From: Macrostomum lignano
Lineage: Eukaryota
NCBI GenBank assembly: GCA_002269645.1
Contig: NIVC01001206.1
Coordinates: forward strand, 271,704-335,703
Direction of reading: 5' to 3'
DNA: 64,000 bases
This document shows positions 1-12,558 of this stretch, in pieces. Under the pieces are notes generated by a model. It was not told the DNA's origin. It saw only the letters and a program-made list of their open reading frames with translations, and searched no databases. Position 1 is the first letter of the stretch; each line of letters begins with the position of its first letter. The position numbers and the translations under genes were made by a program.

Positions 1-1025
1 AAACTGAGTGGGCTGATGGGTAAACAACTGCAATAAACTGAGGGAGCTGATGGGTAAAGAACTACAATAAACTGAGGGTGCTGATGGGTAAACAACTACA
101 ATAAACTGAGGTTGCTGATGGGTAAAAAACTACAATAGACTGAGGGTGCTGATGGGTAAACAACTACAATAAACTGAGGTTGCTAATGGGTAAACAACTG
201 CAATAAACTGAGTGGGCTGATGGGTAAACAACTACAATAAACTGAGGTTGCTAATGGGTAAACAACTACAATAAACTGAGTGGGCTGATGGGTAAACAAC
301 TACAATAAACTGAGGGTGCTGATGGGTAAACAACTACAATAAACTGAGGTTGCTGATGGGTAAACAACTACAATAAACTGAGTGGGCTGATGGGTAAACA
401 ACTACAATAAACTGAGTGGGCTGATAGGTAAACAACTGCAATAAACTGAGGGAGCTGATGGGTAAACAACTACAATAAACTGAGGTTGCTGATGGGTAAA
501 CAACTACAATAAACTGAGGGTGCTAATGGGTAAAACAACTACAATAAACTGAGGTTGCTGATGGGTAAACAACTACAATAAACTGAGGGTGCTGATGGGT
601 AAACAACTACAATAAACTGAGGTTGCTGATGGGTAAACAACTACAATAAACTGAGGGTGCTGATGGGTAAACAACTGCAATAAACTGAGGGTGCTGATGG
701 GTAAACAACTACAATAAACTGAGGGTGCTGATGGATAAACAACTGCAATAAACTGAGGGTGCTGATGGGTAAACAACTGCAATAAACTGAGGGAGCTGAT
801 GGGTAAACAACTACAATAAACTGAGTGGGCTGATGGGTAAAAAACTGCAATAAACAGGGTGTTGGTGGGTAAACAACTGCAATAAACTGAGGGTGCTGAT
901 GGATAAACAACTGCAATAAACTGAAGGTGTTGGTGGGTAAACAACTGCAATAAACTGAGGGTGCTGATGGGTAAACAACTGCAATAAACTGAAGGTGTTG
1001 GTGGGTAAACAACTGCAATAAACTG
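1..1025. repeat. 34-bp tandem minisatellite (~30 copies, runs off the left edge)
   Basis: Unit AAACTGAGGGTGCTGATGGGTAAACAACTRCAAT repeated with minor variants; ends at ...CAATAAACTG near 1025. Confidence 0.95.
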
Positions 1026-1480
1026 TCTCTTGCATCAGTAAATGCGCAAACCTACATGTAAAACTGAATCCAAAGCTTAAGGGAAAGAGGCACAAAGAAG
1101 TCAGGTGCCTAAAATTGTGTATAGGCAAAAAGCGGGACAATTGGCTTTAGTTTTACTATTATTCCAAAAGTGTAAGTTTACCGGAATTAAATATAATCTT
1201 GTTTTATATTTCAAAACTAGAGAGAAAACTCAGGGAATTTGTGAGGGACAGATTTTGTTTCTGTTGGTCGGTAGGCATAGTTTGAATTGAGCAAACAGAT
1301 GGATGGCCACATATGCAATGATCGTCATTGGTGCCAGATTGGTCAAAGCGCACGTTCATGATCAGCTGAACTGCTTTGGAAAACTAGATAGATGTCAGTG
1401 ATTGATTTCTAACTACCATTGATGGATTGTTGGAATTAAAAGGACAAGATGAACTTTGAAATCAATTTTCAAGTCGAAGT

Positions 1481-3551
1481 CTACTTTCCACTGCCGGGCA
1501 TGTAGCGCAGGTACTGCTTGCCGGAGGGCAGATCCCTGACCTGGGTGCCAGCCGGCGGGGTCTTGATAGACGGCGGCACGATGCAATCGTCGCCGGAGCG
1601 CCAGTTCACCGGCGTGGCAAAGCCGTTCTTAGCAGTCAGCTGGATGCTGTCGATAGCGCGCAGAATCTCGTCGAAATTGCGCCCAGTGGTGGCCGGGTAC
1701 AGGATGGACATCTTGAGCTTCTTGTCCGGCCCGATGAGGAACACGGTGCGGGCTGGCAGCGGCAGGCCCTCCTTGCCGATCTCGTTGGGGTCGAGCATCT
1801 GCAGCTGGACGGCCAGCTCGCGGCTCTTGTCGGCGATGATTGGGTAGGGCAGCGGCCGGCTGCAGTCCGTGGCACCGGACACGTGCATCACGTCCTTGGA
1901 CCAGGCCTTTTGGGTTTTGATGAAAAGGCGCTTATAGTGACCGTTTTTTGCCCAAAAATCAATTCAAATTGAAATGATTAATTTGTTCTTGAACCAACCG
2001 GAGAATTGCCTATCAACCGTCCATCGAAAATCGTTCTTTATCTACTGTTAGAATCGCCTAATCCCACCTCCAGAGAATCGCCTCTAAACCACCCAGAGAA
2101 TCGCCCCTGAACCACCCGAAGAAAAGCCTCTAAACCACCTAGAGAATCTTCCTAAAGCACCCGGAGAATCGCCCCTAAACCACCCAGAGAATCGCCCCTA
2201 AACCACCCAGAGAATCGCCCCTAAACCACCCAGAGAATCGCCCCTAAACCACCCAGAGAATCGCCCCTAAACCACCCAGAGAATCGCCTTTTAAACTAAC
2301 TACCCAGAGAATCGCCTTTTAAACTAACTACCCAGAGAATCGCCTTTTAAACTAACTACCCAGAGAATCGCCTTTTAAACTAACTACCCAGAGAATCGCC
2401 GCTAAACCACCCGAGAAAATGCTTTAAGACCTAAGATAATAGGAGTAAAAAGCATAAAAAATGTCGCTCTGAATCCGGTAACATAATATTATTAAAGCTT
2501 GTTCAGAGTAATAATATAGTCACTCTTATCGCGCCTAAACAAAAAGATGATCAAGCACCAGCACGCACGCCTTGCCTATAGGCTTATCAATTGTTGGACC
2601 CGATAACAAGGCTTAAGTCTTTAAGAGTCAGAGTACCAAAGTTAAAGACTTGCTTTAGTTAACGAAGTTTCTTTTTCTTATCAATAATATTTTATTGCGT
2701 AAAAGCTGCTAGACTGGACCTAAAATCTATGTCGGTCACCCTTGTTTGATAAAAATTCGGTCAGATTAAACAAGGCAAAAATCCAAAGGTAAAATTACAT
2801 TTACCTTTATTACGATTCTCGAATATGCTATTGCTATCTATTTCCTTATCTATGACCTTTAAGAGACCCTGGGACAAAGCCGGCTGGTCTTGATCTGGAC
2901 TTTGGGCTTATTTTTTCAGACGAATCCAAATTATGGCATCCTATAAAATAGGATTTGATTCAAAGTACAAAATGTCCTGAGCCAATATATATCCAATAAA
3001 CAAATACAGTTAAATATTTTAATATTATAATCTTTGTTTATAAGAATATACAGTCCAGAAGGTTAAGATCCTGGCTTTGGAGTTCATGAAGTTAAATTCC
3101 ATTCAAATTCGTGTCATAAAGGACATTGTTACAAAAATCGTTCACCCAATAAACTGTCTTTAAACATCTCGAAAACGACTACTCATTTGTTCATTGACAA
3201 TGACATTGTCATTACCATTAGCCTTGCTTTTAATGCCAATTGGCAATGGTGTCTGTTTAAAAAGGAGTTTGATTAAAAAACGAACGGAAGGGAATGTTGT
3301 CTCTTTGAGCTTGTCATTACCTTGTGATCTTCAACGGAATCCAACGAGATTGCAATCAGCTTAACTCCGCGCTTATCAAACTCCGGCTTCAGATTGACAA
3401 CCCGAGCCAGTTCGGTAGTGCAAACCGGGGTAAAATCGGCCGGATGAGAGAACAGAATGGCCCAGGAGTCGCCAATCCATTGGTGAAAGTTGATGCGACC
3501 CTCGGTTGTGTCCGCGTCAAAATTTGGGAAAACTTCGCCAAGTCGGGCCAT
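1481..3551 (-). CDS. PRDX6: 1-Cys peroxiredoxin (peroxiredoxin-6 family), 2 exons: 3551-3321 and 1906-1481, ~218 aa
   Basis: Exon 1 [11 protein letters not shown]...[19 protein letters not shown]...DSVEDHK carries the PVCTTE peroxidatic motif, with donor AAG|GTAATG at 3320. Exon 2 starts after acceptor AAAG| at 1906: AWSKDV...LPYPIIAD...[40 protein letters not shown]...TPVNW...[12 protein letters not shown]. The phase-0 join is in frame. Confidence 0.96.
2060..2415. repeat. Intronic tandem repeat: 24-bp unit grading into a 28-bp variant
   Basis: CCCAGAGAATCGCCCCTAAACCAC copies followed by CCAGAGAATCGCCTTTTAAACTAACTAC copies, inside the Prdx6 intron. Confidence 0.9.
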
Positions 3552-5678
3552 TGTTGTCGTGTTTCTGTTTACGAGAAGTCTTGTGAGAGTGGGGTAGGCA
3601 AGAGTGAGAAAGGCAAAAAGCCTGGGTAGAAGAGTTATCTCTTTAAAAAGGCAAGACTATAACTATCAGCGGGGACTGGGGAGGTTGAGGTTGTATTGTA
3701 GCTCGAGTGTACAGTGTGGACCTAGAGCGAGGGGCCCGGGCCGGGGGGGGGGCAAGTAAAATCAATAAAAAGTCTCTCTGCTTTCTGCCCTCAAACGGAG
3801 GGGATGTACACCGTGAAGGAAAAAGAATGTACACTGGGACCGGACTGACTGTACGCAGAATGCGGCTTGTTATCGGTACAGAGCAGTTTTACTGCTGCGT
3901 AGTGCGCCTGCTGTATATGCGATAAAGGCATGCCAAGTGGTAAATTTATTAACTTAGGTCTCCTCCATTATACACACGTAAATGAGGCCAAAATTTCTTT
4001 GACAAAGAATTTGTTCTACAGAAATTCAGCTGCAGCCAAGCTCTCAACTTCTCAAGCAACTACTTAAATAGGGGTATAGGAAAAACCCTTTAAATTCTGG
4101 TTCACTTGAAGCTCGTATATTACAATGGGAGTGCTTTATTAGCTCAAAATATCAAAACCCTGAAAACATGATAGCTATAACAAAAACCGCGCAGTAGTTT
4201 TCGACGTGAAACTTCGAGTTTTTGAACCCCCCCGGACTATGGGCAGGGGTAATAAAGTGCTTGCTTTCTTATATATTAAATGCAATTAATAATTGAATTG
4301 TTAGTGCTCATTCAGTGTAGAAGCATAAAGTTAAAAAAAATGAGATGAATTTTAAATAAAACATAGATTTAAACTAGCTGAGGAATCATTTAAAGAACTG
4401 AAATAAATTCTCTTTCTCCGCAACCAGCAGAAACAAAAGAAACAAAACAAAAGAAACGAAGATGTTTCTTGCCAGCGTAGCTAGTTCATTTGAAACCATA
4501 AATTTCAAATTTAGGAATTTTTATGCACAGGTTTTTTGTTTTTCTATTTTCATTTCTTCTGCATAAACTTTCTCGGAATGAGAAACTGATTATTTTACAC
4601 TAACACTGCTCCAAACTCCAATCCAACATGCACAAAAGGTTGCATGAAAAAAATGGTTTCCAGTCTTTTAAAATATAAACCTTACACAAAATTTTACAAT
4701 TCTCCAGCGCAGCGAAAAAATGATTGCCGCGAAAACGTGCCAACTATTTTCTGTTGTTTTTTGGCTAGAGAAAAAGAGCATAATGACAGGCAAGATTGCT
4801 TATCCAGGGCAGCAACGGTCTGTGGATGAATGAACTAAAGGCTTTAGTCTTTAGACTCAAACCCTAACCCCGAGACTAATTAATGTACCACTCTTAAGGA
4901 AATGTTCATTTCGTAAATATACAATGGTGCGAATGTACAGGCACAGTCAAACTGAACATTCTACGCACACTGCACTCTCGTCCTCAAGTGTAAAATTAGC
5001 TAAAGCAAGTTCCCTTTTCTAGCAGTGTATTTGCACGGGTTATAAATACGATGTGTTGCCCCAGTCTAACTCCATTCCAACAAGCATACACATACTCAAC
5101 CCTATATGCCTTGCTTTACCAGCATCGATTTGGTAAGTTTGGTGTCTAATTCTTGAATTTATTTGCTTCAGGTTGCTACACTTTAGGAAGTAAGGGGCGC
5201 AGCACAGAGGTGTCACTTTGCATATGGAGCGCCCTACTTGGGCGCAATGGCGAGGCACCATTGACGGATGCCATACCTGGTGGGGCAGCCTGATAGGTCT
5301 CTTGAGCTGATTACACTGTTGTGCTAAGGGGACATTTTCTTTGCCTTTAAACCCTTGTCTTTGCCCCTGACGCTGCATTTGCAGAGGTGTTCTAAGGTCT
5401 ACATGCATGGGTACTCTCATGTCCTCGGGTAGAGGGGGTGCGGCTACCCCTGGATTCGCCCTTGTATAGAAAATCGTATCAAGAATTTTTTCTAATTCAA
5501 AGACTATTTTTGTAGTTGTACACATTCGAACGTTGTAGCAAGTAATGCCATATGGTCTACTAGCAGTAGGCTACCAGCATTTTTTATCTCTTTTTTCTCT
5601 ATGATCTGAAAAAAATTGCTACGAGCGTACGTACAATAGGTCTTAATATTTTTTTCTGTTATTTTTAAGTCAATATTT

Positions 5679-6038
5679 TTTTTATTAGAGGCAGGGGGGT
5701 TGTGTGCACCCTGGCGCAATTTAAGCGTCATTGGCACACAACCGGCGAGAGGCATTACTGCCCATTCCGCCGACTCCCCTGAGCAGGCATACAAGCGCGC
5801 GGATACGTTACGCAGGCACACACTCACACAGGAGTGTACAGCGGCCCTAACTTTATCAATTGTTAGGCATGTACACTTCACTGCGCCTTGGGGGGGGTTG
5901 GCTCTCAAGGCCGTTAATTGCACAAGCGAGCCAAGCCAAGATTCCAATCCAGCCCCAAATTAATGTGGCTGCACTTGGAATCGAGCCTGGGTCGCGGCAC
6001 ACCAGAGCAGCTGCGCTACCGCTGGGCTACGGCCCCCC
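5679..6038 (-). mobile_element. tRNA-derived SINE, copy A
   Basis: Minus strand starts GGGCCGTAGCCCAGCGG (A box) ... GGCTCGATTCC (B box) and has an A-rich tail. 14-bp TSD TTAAGTCAATATTT at 5665-5678 and 6039-6052. Near-identical to 12559-12914 and 20658-21017. Confidence 0.92.
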
Positions 6039-7046
6039 TTTAAGTCAATATTTACTATATTTAATATATTCTTCTTAGATTTTGATTTTTATCTGTTTTT
6101 TGGGTCGCTAATCATTTCTTGACAGCGAATAGACAGCGTCTGAAGCCAACCATCAAATTTGTGCGAAAATTACGTGTAAATATAACAATTATCGAGTCGA
6201 AAAGGTTGCACAAATTGCTTAAATGATATTTTACGTATAACTTATTTCTACACACAGACAGCCAATTAGCTAAGCATTCTATTTGTTCTACGCATTTACA
6301 GTTTTGGACAATTACAATCGAGAAGAGTGCATAAAGCCAGCGTCATCTCTAGCATCGAGGAGACTGGCTGGAGGCTGCATGGTTAGCCTGACGCTGGTTA
6401 TCCAGACGGACCTGAACTTATTGCTTTGTTCTACTGCTTCAGACTGCCGTGAGTATAAAACTTTCTCTTGCCCTACATATTACACTCGTTTTTGTAAAAT
6501 TTAGGGGCATGTACATGGTACATACATGTAAATGCGTGTGCAATAGCATGCCATACATGTATTCGCCATTCCTTTTTAAGTCGTAATTTCTGTTACAAGA
6601 GTATAGCCGCAACTTCCACAGGTTTCAGTCGCAGGGATTTTTTGTAGTACGTTTCGGTGCTTTCAAAGTAAGCTAAGAAAAGTGAGCCTAAGTAGCATTT
6701 TCGTTAGCCGGCGAAGGAAAAAATTCTCAAACTGAGAGTTGAAACCTTTGACTCTGAAAAAGGGATAGTTCCATGTCATTGCTTTTCGGGAAAGGGAAAA
6801 TTCCCGTTGATATGCTAAATTTGAATTCATATCAAGCAAATAGCTCGAACTTCGCAGTACTACTTAAAGTGTGTTTAGACGGACTTTATAAAAATTCGCT
6901 ACGGGAGAGTCTTGGTGCAGGAAGGACCCAGCTGGAAAACCTCGTTAGGAAAATTGCCACGAGAAATTCTCGGTGGTAAAACTAGATACTTCCGCTTGAT
7001 AAATTAACCACCCCTGGCATCGTCATTCAAGGCAAAATAAATCATC

Positions 7047-10000
7047 ATGAACGACGGAAACGAGTTAATGCGCCATCTCTTAAAATCCATGAGTCTCCAG
7101 CCGACTGAAAACCAACCTGCTCAGAATCAAAGTTCGGAAGATATGACAGAATTTCGAAACCAGCTACAAAAAATGAGTTCAAAATGGAATGAAAAACTGG
7201 CTGTTACAAAACAGAAGATGAAAAAAATGAAAGAGCTACCAGAAAACGTTGTCAAATATCTATCAGCTGCAAGAGGCGGAGACAATTCTAAGTGCCATCA
7301 ACACTTAGCAACAGGTATGAATGTTGATATTAGAGGCGTCAACAATGAGACGGCGCTTTGCCTCGCAGCTGCAGGTGGACATACTGACCTGTTGAATCTG
7401 TTTTTGCAACACAAAGCGGACGTTAATGCTCAGGATGAAGACGGCGACACTCCACTGATAACAGCAGTTATTAATGGAAAAAATGCCTTTGTCAGGGCCC
7501 TGTTAGACCAGTGCGGAGATAAACTTAATCTTGATTTAAGGAATAAAGCAGGAAAAACAGCAATTCAAATAGCCTTCAAGGCAGGAAACGAAGAGGTTGT
7601 TACTTTACTCGCTGACAAGAACGCGCGCTTTGACTGTGATGACGAAAAGCAAAAGAAAATTCTCTTTAAATGCGCAGTCGAAGGCAAGGCTTTCTTCATA
7701 AAGTTTTGGTTTCGTCAACATCCTGGCAAGCAAGCTGTCATCAACATGACAAGGAATTCTCACACACTGTCGTCAGTTTCAGCGCTTAATGGCAGCCTAG
7801 ACGTCCTTGAAGTACTTCATCAAGAAGGAGCCAACTTGGACATTCCTGATAAAGACGGAGACACGCCTTTATTTTGCGCTGCTCAAAATGGATTCCGTAA
7901 GATTGTTGAGTTTCTAGTGAGAAACGGTTGCAAAGTAAATCATAAAAATAAAGGTGGGAAAACACCTTTATTTTCCGCTGTTGTGAACAGACATATAGAT
8001 ATTGTTCGTTATTTAGCAAACCATGGAGCCAGTATAAGTGTGCTTGACAAAAAAGGCTATTCGTTACTTAACGCCGCCATTGTAGCAGGATCGACAGAAA
8101 ACTTTCAGTATCTATGTAAGCACCTTCCGGAATATTGCCTTCAGTTTAACACCGTCACAAAGGACGGAGAGACATGCCTGCTGGCAGCATCGCAAACTGC
8201 GAACATGAAAATTTTCGAAGAGGTACTCAAAATGAGCAGTGACTTAAATCATCGAAATAAACAAGGCGTCTCCGCAGTACTTAGGGCAGCACACAATAAT
8301 CAGACAGAGATGGTGAAGCTGCTAATCGATCGTGGAGCTGACGTTGACTTGCCGACTAAAGGTAATGAGACAGCGCTTCTTTGTGCTGTTCAGCAAAACA
8401 ACAGTGCGATTGTAAAGCTTTTGATTGACACTAACAGGTGCAACATTGCTGTCCAGGATTGTAATGGCTTTTCGCTTATCTATCGTGCTGTAGAAAAGAA
8501 AAACATAGAACTTCTTCAACATCTATTGAAGTTAGGAGCACCAGCTGATTTGGCTGATGTTAGTGGAAATACTCCATTCATCGTGGCAGTGAATCAGAAC
8601 TCTGTCGAAACAGTAAAGATCTTAGTCAACACCGGAAAAGTTGATATTGGCAGAAGAAATCTAAAGGGCCACACAGCCGTCCTGCTAGCGACAAAAAATC
8701 AATCGGAGGCGATGCTGAAATATTTGCTTGATGTTGGGTGTCAGATGGACGTCTGTGACAAAAGTGGCGATACTCCTTTGCTACTTGCAATCAAGAAAAA
8801 GAACTACAAGATAGCCAATATTCTCTTGAATCGAGAACGAATGGGATGCGACGCTAGCATTGCGGACAAATCAGGAAAATCGTGTTTGCATGTTGCCGCT
8901 TTAACTAGGAAGTCAGCTTTTATTACTATTCTGATCAGCAAGGGTGCAAATTTAGACAAAACCGACAGTCAACAGAACACGTCTTTTTTAACGTCAGCCA
9001 AGAATAAAAATTCCACCGAATTGACTGTTTTAGAGGCAAAAGGTTCAGATGTCAACCGACGCAATTCTGAAGGCCAAAACGCAGCACATGCGTGCATATC
9101 ACACGGAATGAACAATCTTGTTGCTTTGGAAGCCCTTGGCTGCTGTACTGATGCAGAAGATTTTATGGGTAATACTCCGATTCACATCGCTGCTGCCAAG
9201 GGAAAGTCCTTAGCGATAGAGTTTCTAGCTGGGCTTGGAGCACCGGTAGATTTGCCCAACAAAGAAGGAAATACACCGGTGCATTTAGCTTGCAAAATGG
9301 GTTCAAGTAGTGCACTAGTGTGCCTTGTCGAGCACAGCGCCAAATTGAAGGTTAAAAACAACCAGAGGCAAACAGAACTGATGCTGGCCAGTCGGTCGGG
9401 TAATGAAGAAACAATCAATATTCTACTTGAGCGTTACAGTAAGGAGGACATCAATCTACAAGATCGTAGCAGGAAGACTGCTTTACATTACGCAATAGAA
9501 TCTCGGGTCGACGGAGCTGCCAAGAGGCTGATTGAAGCTGGTGCAGATGTAAACATTCCGGATAATGAAGATTTCACACCAGTTCTGCTTGCAGCTCAAA
9601 TGAGCCAATGGAGCGTTCTCAGTACCGCTGTAGAAAAGATCGATTCGAATTTATTGCTCAAATCAAGGAATGGAGAATCGATAGCACATTTTGCGGCCTC
9701 TAACTCAAGCATTGAGACTCTGAAAAAGCTCAAGGAGAAGCTAGTATCACTGACGGAACTAACCAAAGAAAGTGAGTCCTGTCTAACTCTGGCTGCCACA
9801 GGCGGATCAATCGAAGTTTGTGAGTTCCTAATTTCTGAAGGAAATCTGGTCAGTCACTGTAACAGAAAAGGCGAGAATGCAATTTGCAAGGCTGCTCAAG
9901 GAAAACATTCAGAGCTGTTTTTCCATCTGGCTACTTGCCACAGATCGGATTTTCTGCTTAAGGATGAGAACGGCAAGAGTAGCCTCTACTATTTTCTAGA

Positions 10001-12473
10001 CGGCTCCGAGAGCCTTGATCATTCTGCCATATCAGAACTCCTTCTGGACGTTGATGAACAGGACCTAATCGATCTCAATTCACAAGGATTCGGACTCTGT
10101 CACATGGCAGCCAAGAAAGATAGTGCCAAACTTCTTCGCGAGCTGCGGGACCGTGGATGGCATCTGAGTAGAACTACAGCAAGTGGCGAAACTTGTATCA
10201 CTCTTGCAGCGAAAACCAGCGGATCAAAGGCACTGAAGTTTCTACTTGAACTCTCCCGTAACAAGGACGCAATGGAACCAGAGCTTTCCAAAAGTAAACA
10301 AGAGCAAGAGAAGGCTTTTCGAATTTGTGCTAAACTAGGAAAGATAGAACTGACTGACGAGTTATTCAGTCGTGGTGTTAATGTCAACGCCACCGACGAA
10401 GAGGGCAACACTGCTTTGATGATAGCTTGTCAGCACAAGCAGAATGACTTTGCCTTAAGCCTACTTTCCAGGGAAGCGATACCTCGAGTTGATGTGGATG
10501 TAAAAAACCAAAACGGATTCTCTGCACTTCATTTTGCCAGCAAGAATCAGCTTACTGATTGCGTTGAAAAGCTGCTCAGCCTTGGAGCCAAAACTGACTC
10601 TGTTAATTCCGAAGGTTACACCTGTCTACATGAGGCCGTGAGGGGCCCTGACTCGACTGACGTTGCCGAACTACTAATAGATTCTGGCTGTGATGTTAAT
10701 CAGAAGACCTCTAGCGACGAGACAAGTTTATTGTTGGCACTTAAAAAAGGAAGTAAGAAATTGACTAAGTTTCTGATTAGTCGAGGAGCAAGAGTGGATG
10801 CAGAAAAAGTTCCAATATCTTTGGTGGTAAAAAAGTTCTTGTCGCAGGGCCGAAGAGAAATCATAACTTGGCTACTCAAGCTCGAACCAAGGCTCGATGT
10901 AAACAAAGTCGATGCTGATGGCCGTCATGTACTTTTTGACGTCATCGACCATGGAGCGGAAGAAATCCTGAGGCTTTTCCTTTCTAGTGGAGCCGATATT
11001 GAATGCGAGGACAAACGTAGTGTCACACCATTCCTTCACGCTCTAGCAGTTGGCAGAGAAGATTTAGCAAAGATATTGCTTGAACGAGGCTGCAACACTG
11101 AGAAACGAGCAGCCAATGGATTTGATTGTGTTTTGGCTGCTGTCTCTACGAGGCGTCTCTTCACACTAAAATGGTTGTTTAATCATGTATCCGGACTAAA
11201 CAGTCGTCCACAAGCAGAGATCAAAGGTAAAAATGCGTTACACTTTTGCTGCCAAATTGGACACCCACAGATGTTTAAACTGCTGCTTGATAATGGCTTC
11301 GATCTGAACAAACAGTGCGATATTGGCTGGACTCCTGTAGACTACGCGATAGCCGAAGGGCATCTGGCGATTATAAAGGCAGCAGATGCAATACAGAACA
11401 GGACCTTCTTGAGTAGATACGAACATCATGCAAACACGGCAAGTGATGTACCGTCACCTTTCGCTAAAGCTGCTGCTAACGGCTATGAAAGCTTATTCAA
11501 GTTTCTCCACTCAATCGGTGTTAACTTTGAGGGCATAGCCGATACAACCATTCCGTTTGCGTGTGGAAATGGACAGCAGCATATCATTAAATTTCTTCTT
11601 TCCGTTGGAGTTGATATTCAAGCGTATAAGAATCCAAAAAATGGCCGAACGGCTCTTCTTACAGCCATCGATTCGGGTGATTTGCACTTGATTAGCTTCC
11701 TTGTTGACAAAGTTAGGTGTGACATTCGAGCTGTCTGTCATAACAGAAACACTGCTATTCAAGGAGCAGTCACTACGAACCAAGAAAGAATCCTGAATTA
11801 TCTCATTAGCAAGGGTGCACTAATTGACGAACCGGATGCCGAAGGAGACACTCCTGTTCTTGAAGCATCACTTCTTGGGCATCAGCGCATGCTAGACATC
11901 TTATTAGAGCACAACTGCAACATAAAGAGGCTGAATAATCAGGCGCGAAGTGCTATTCATATGGCTGTTATAAAAAATGACAACCCAGAAATGCTCCAGT
12001 TCCTAATCGATAAAGAAATCCCAGCGAACGGCAGGGATGAAAAAGGCAACACTGCCTGCATGATCGCCAGCTACCAAGGTCACCAAAAATCAGTAAAGCT
12101 CCTGCTTGAGCACGACCGAAGCCTCGGAAAAGAACGAAACGCAGACGGTTCAACGCCAGCACTGCTGGCCGCAATGAAAGGCAAGCACGAGGTTCTTCAA
12201 GTTCTGGCAGAAAATGATTGTTTGGAAGCTAATGACGTCGACAACGAAGGCAGCACAATCCTGATGATGGCCATTCAGTCCGGCTCTGTGCCAACAGTAA
12301 GAATGCTTCTGGAAACGGGTGACTGCAACACAACTGCTGTGAACAACAATGGGATTGGCGTTCAAACGCTGGCGACGCAGTGTCGCGATGAAGCGATGCT
12401 GGAGCTACTGAGGCAGTTCGGTATTGAAGGCCAACTGGCAGAGGCTGAGGCAACTGAGGCGCAGCAAACGTAA
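7047..12473 (+). CDS. Very large intronless ankyrin-repeat protein (1808 aa), short N-terminal coiled-coil-like leader
   Basis: Uninterrupted 5.4-kb ORF. Recurrent ankyrin consensus (G-T-P/A-L-H-x-A...G...V-x-x-L-L-x-x-G-A-D-V-N) runs from ~aa 75 to ~aa 1790, e.g. DEDGDTPLITAVING, NKEGNTPVHLACKMG, DEEGNTALMIAC. In-frame TAA at 7038-7040 supports ATG 7047 as the start. Confidence 0.93.
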   Translation: MNDGNELMRHLLKSMSLQPTENQPAQNQSSEDMTEFRNQLQKMSSKWNEKLAVTKQKMKKMKELPENVVKYLSAARGGDNSKCHQHLATGMNVDIRGVNNETALCLAAAGGHTDLLNLFLQHKADVNAQDEDGDTPLITAVINGKNAFVRALLDQCGDKLNLDLRNKAGKTAIQIAFKAGNEEVVTLLADKNARFDCDDEKQKKILFKCAVEGKAFFIKFWFRQHPGKQAVINMTRNSHTLSSVSALNGSLDVLEVLHQEGANLDIPDKDGDTPLFCAAQNGFRKIVEFLVRNGCKVNHKNKGGKTPLFSAVVNRHIDIVRYLANHGASISVLDKKGYSLLNAAIVAGSTENFQYLCKHLPEYCLQFNTVTKDGETCLLAASQTANMKIFEEVLKMSSDLNHRNKQGVSAVLRAAHNNQTEMVKLLIDRGADVDLPTKGNETALLCAVQQNNSAIVKLLIDTNRCNIAVQDCNGFSLIYRAVEKKNIELLQHLLKLGAPADLADVSGNTPFIVAVNQNSVETVKILVNTGKVDIGRRNLKGHTAVLLATKNQSEAMLKYLLDVGCQMDVCDKSGDTPLLLAIKKKNYKIANILLNRERMGCDASIADKSGKSCLHVAALTRKSAFITILISKGANLDKTDSQQNTSFLTSAKNKNSTELTVLEAKGSDVNRRNSEGQNAAHACISHGMNNLVALEALGCCTDAEDFMGNTPIHIAAAKGKSLAIEFLAGLGAPVDLPNKEGNTPVHLACKMGSSSALVCLVEHSAKLKVKNNQRQTELMLASRSGNEETINILLERYSKEDINLQDRSRKTALHYAIESRVDGAAKRLIEAGADVNIPDNEDFTPVLLAAQMSQWSVLSTAVEKIDSNLLLKSRNGESIAHFAASNSSIETLKKLKEKLVSLTELTKESESCLTLAATGGSIEVCEFLISEGNLVSHCNRKGENAICKAAQGKHSELFFHLATCHRSDFLLKDENGKSSLYYFLDGSESLDHSAISELLLDVDEQDLIDLNSQGFGLCHMAAKKDSAKLLRELRDRGWHLSRTTASGETCITLAAKTSGSKALKFLLELSRNKDAMEPELSKSKQEQEKAFRICAKLGKIELTDELFSRGVNVNATDEEGNTALMIACQHKQNDFALSLLSREAIPRVDVDVKNQNGFSALHFASKNQLTDCVEKLLSLGAKTDSVNSEGYTCLHEAVRGPDSTDVAELLIDSGCDVNQKTSSDETSLLLALKKGSKKLTKFLISRGARVDAEKVPISLVVKKFLSQGRREIITWLLKLEPRLDVNKVDADGRHVLFDVIDHGAEEILRLFLSSGADIECEDKRSVTPFLHALAVGREDLAKILLERGCNTEKRAANGFDCVLAAVSTRRLFTLKWLFNHVSGLNSRPQAEIKGKNALHFCCQIGHPQMFKLLLDNGFDLNKQCDIGWTPVDYAIAEGHLAIIKAADAIQNRTFLSRYEHHANTASDVPSPFAKAAANGYESLFKFLHSIGVNFEGIADTTIPFACGNGQQHIIKFLLSVGVDIQAYKNPKNGRTALLTAIDSGDLHLISFLVDKVRCDIRAVCHNRNTAIQGAVTTNQERILNYLISKGALIDEPDAEGDTPVLEASLLGHQRMLDILLEHNCNIKRLNNQARSAIHMAVIKNDNPEMLQFLIDKEIPANGRDEKGNTACMIASYQGHQKSVKLLLEHDRSLGKERNADGSTPALLAAMKGKHEVLQVLAENDCLEANDVDNEGSTILMMAIQSGSVPTVRMLLETGDCNTTAVNNNGIGVQTLATQCRDEAMLELLRQFGIEGQLAEAEATEAQQT

Positions 12474-12558
12474 GATTTTTTATTTTTGCCAAACTGTACT
12501 ATCAATTTCCCGCTGTTATTCTTATTCCGATAGTAATTTTACCTATCTTAATTTTACC

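Noticed and set aside
573-1140. 125-aa repetitive ORFs on the minus strand
   Set aside because: Translations of the 34-bp minisatellite.
5040-5525. 161-aa minus-strand ORF
   Set aside because: No recognisable motif, no splice support and no coding-like composition.
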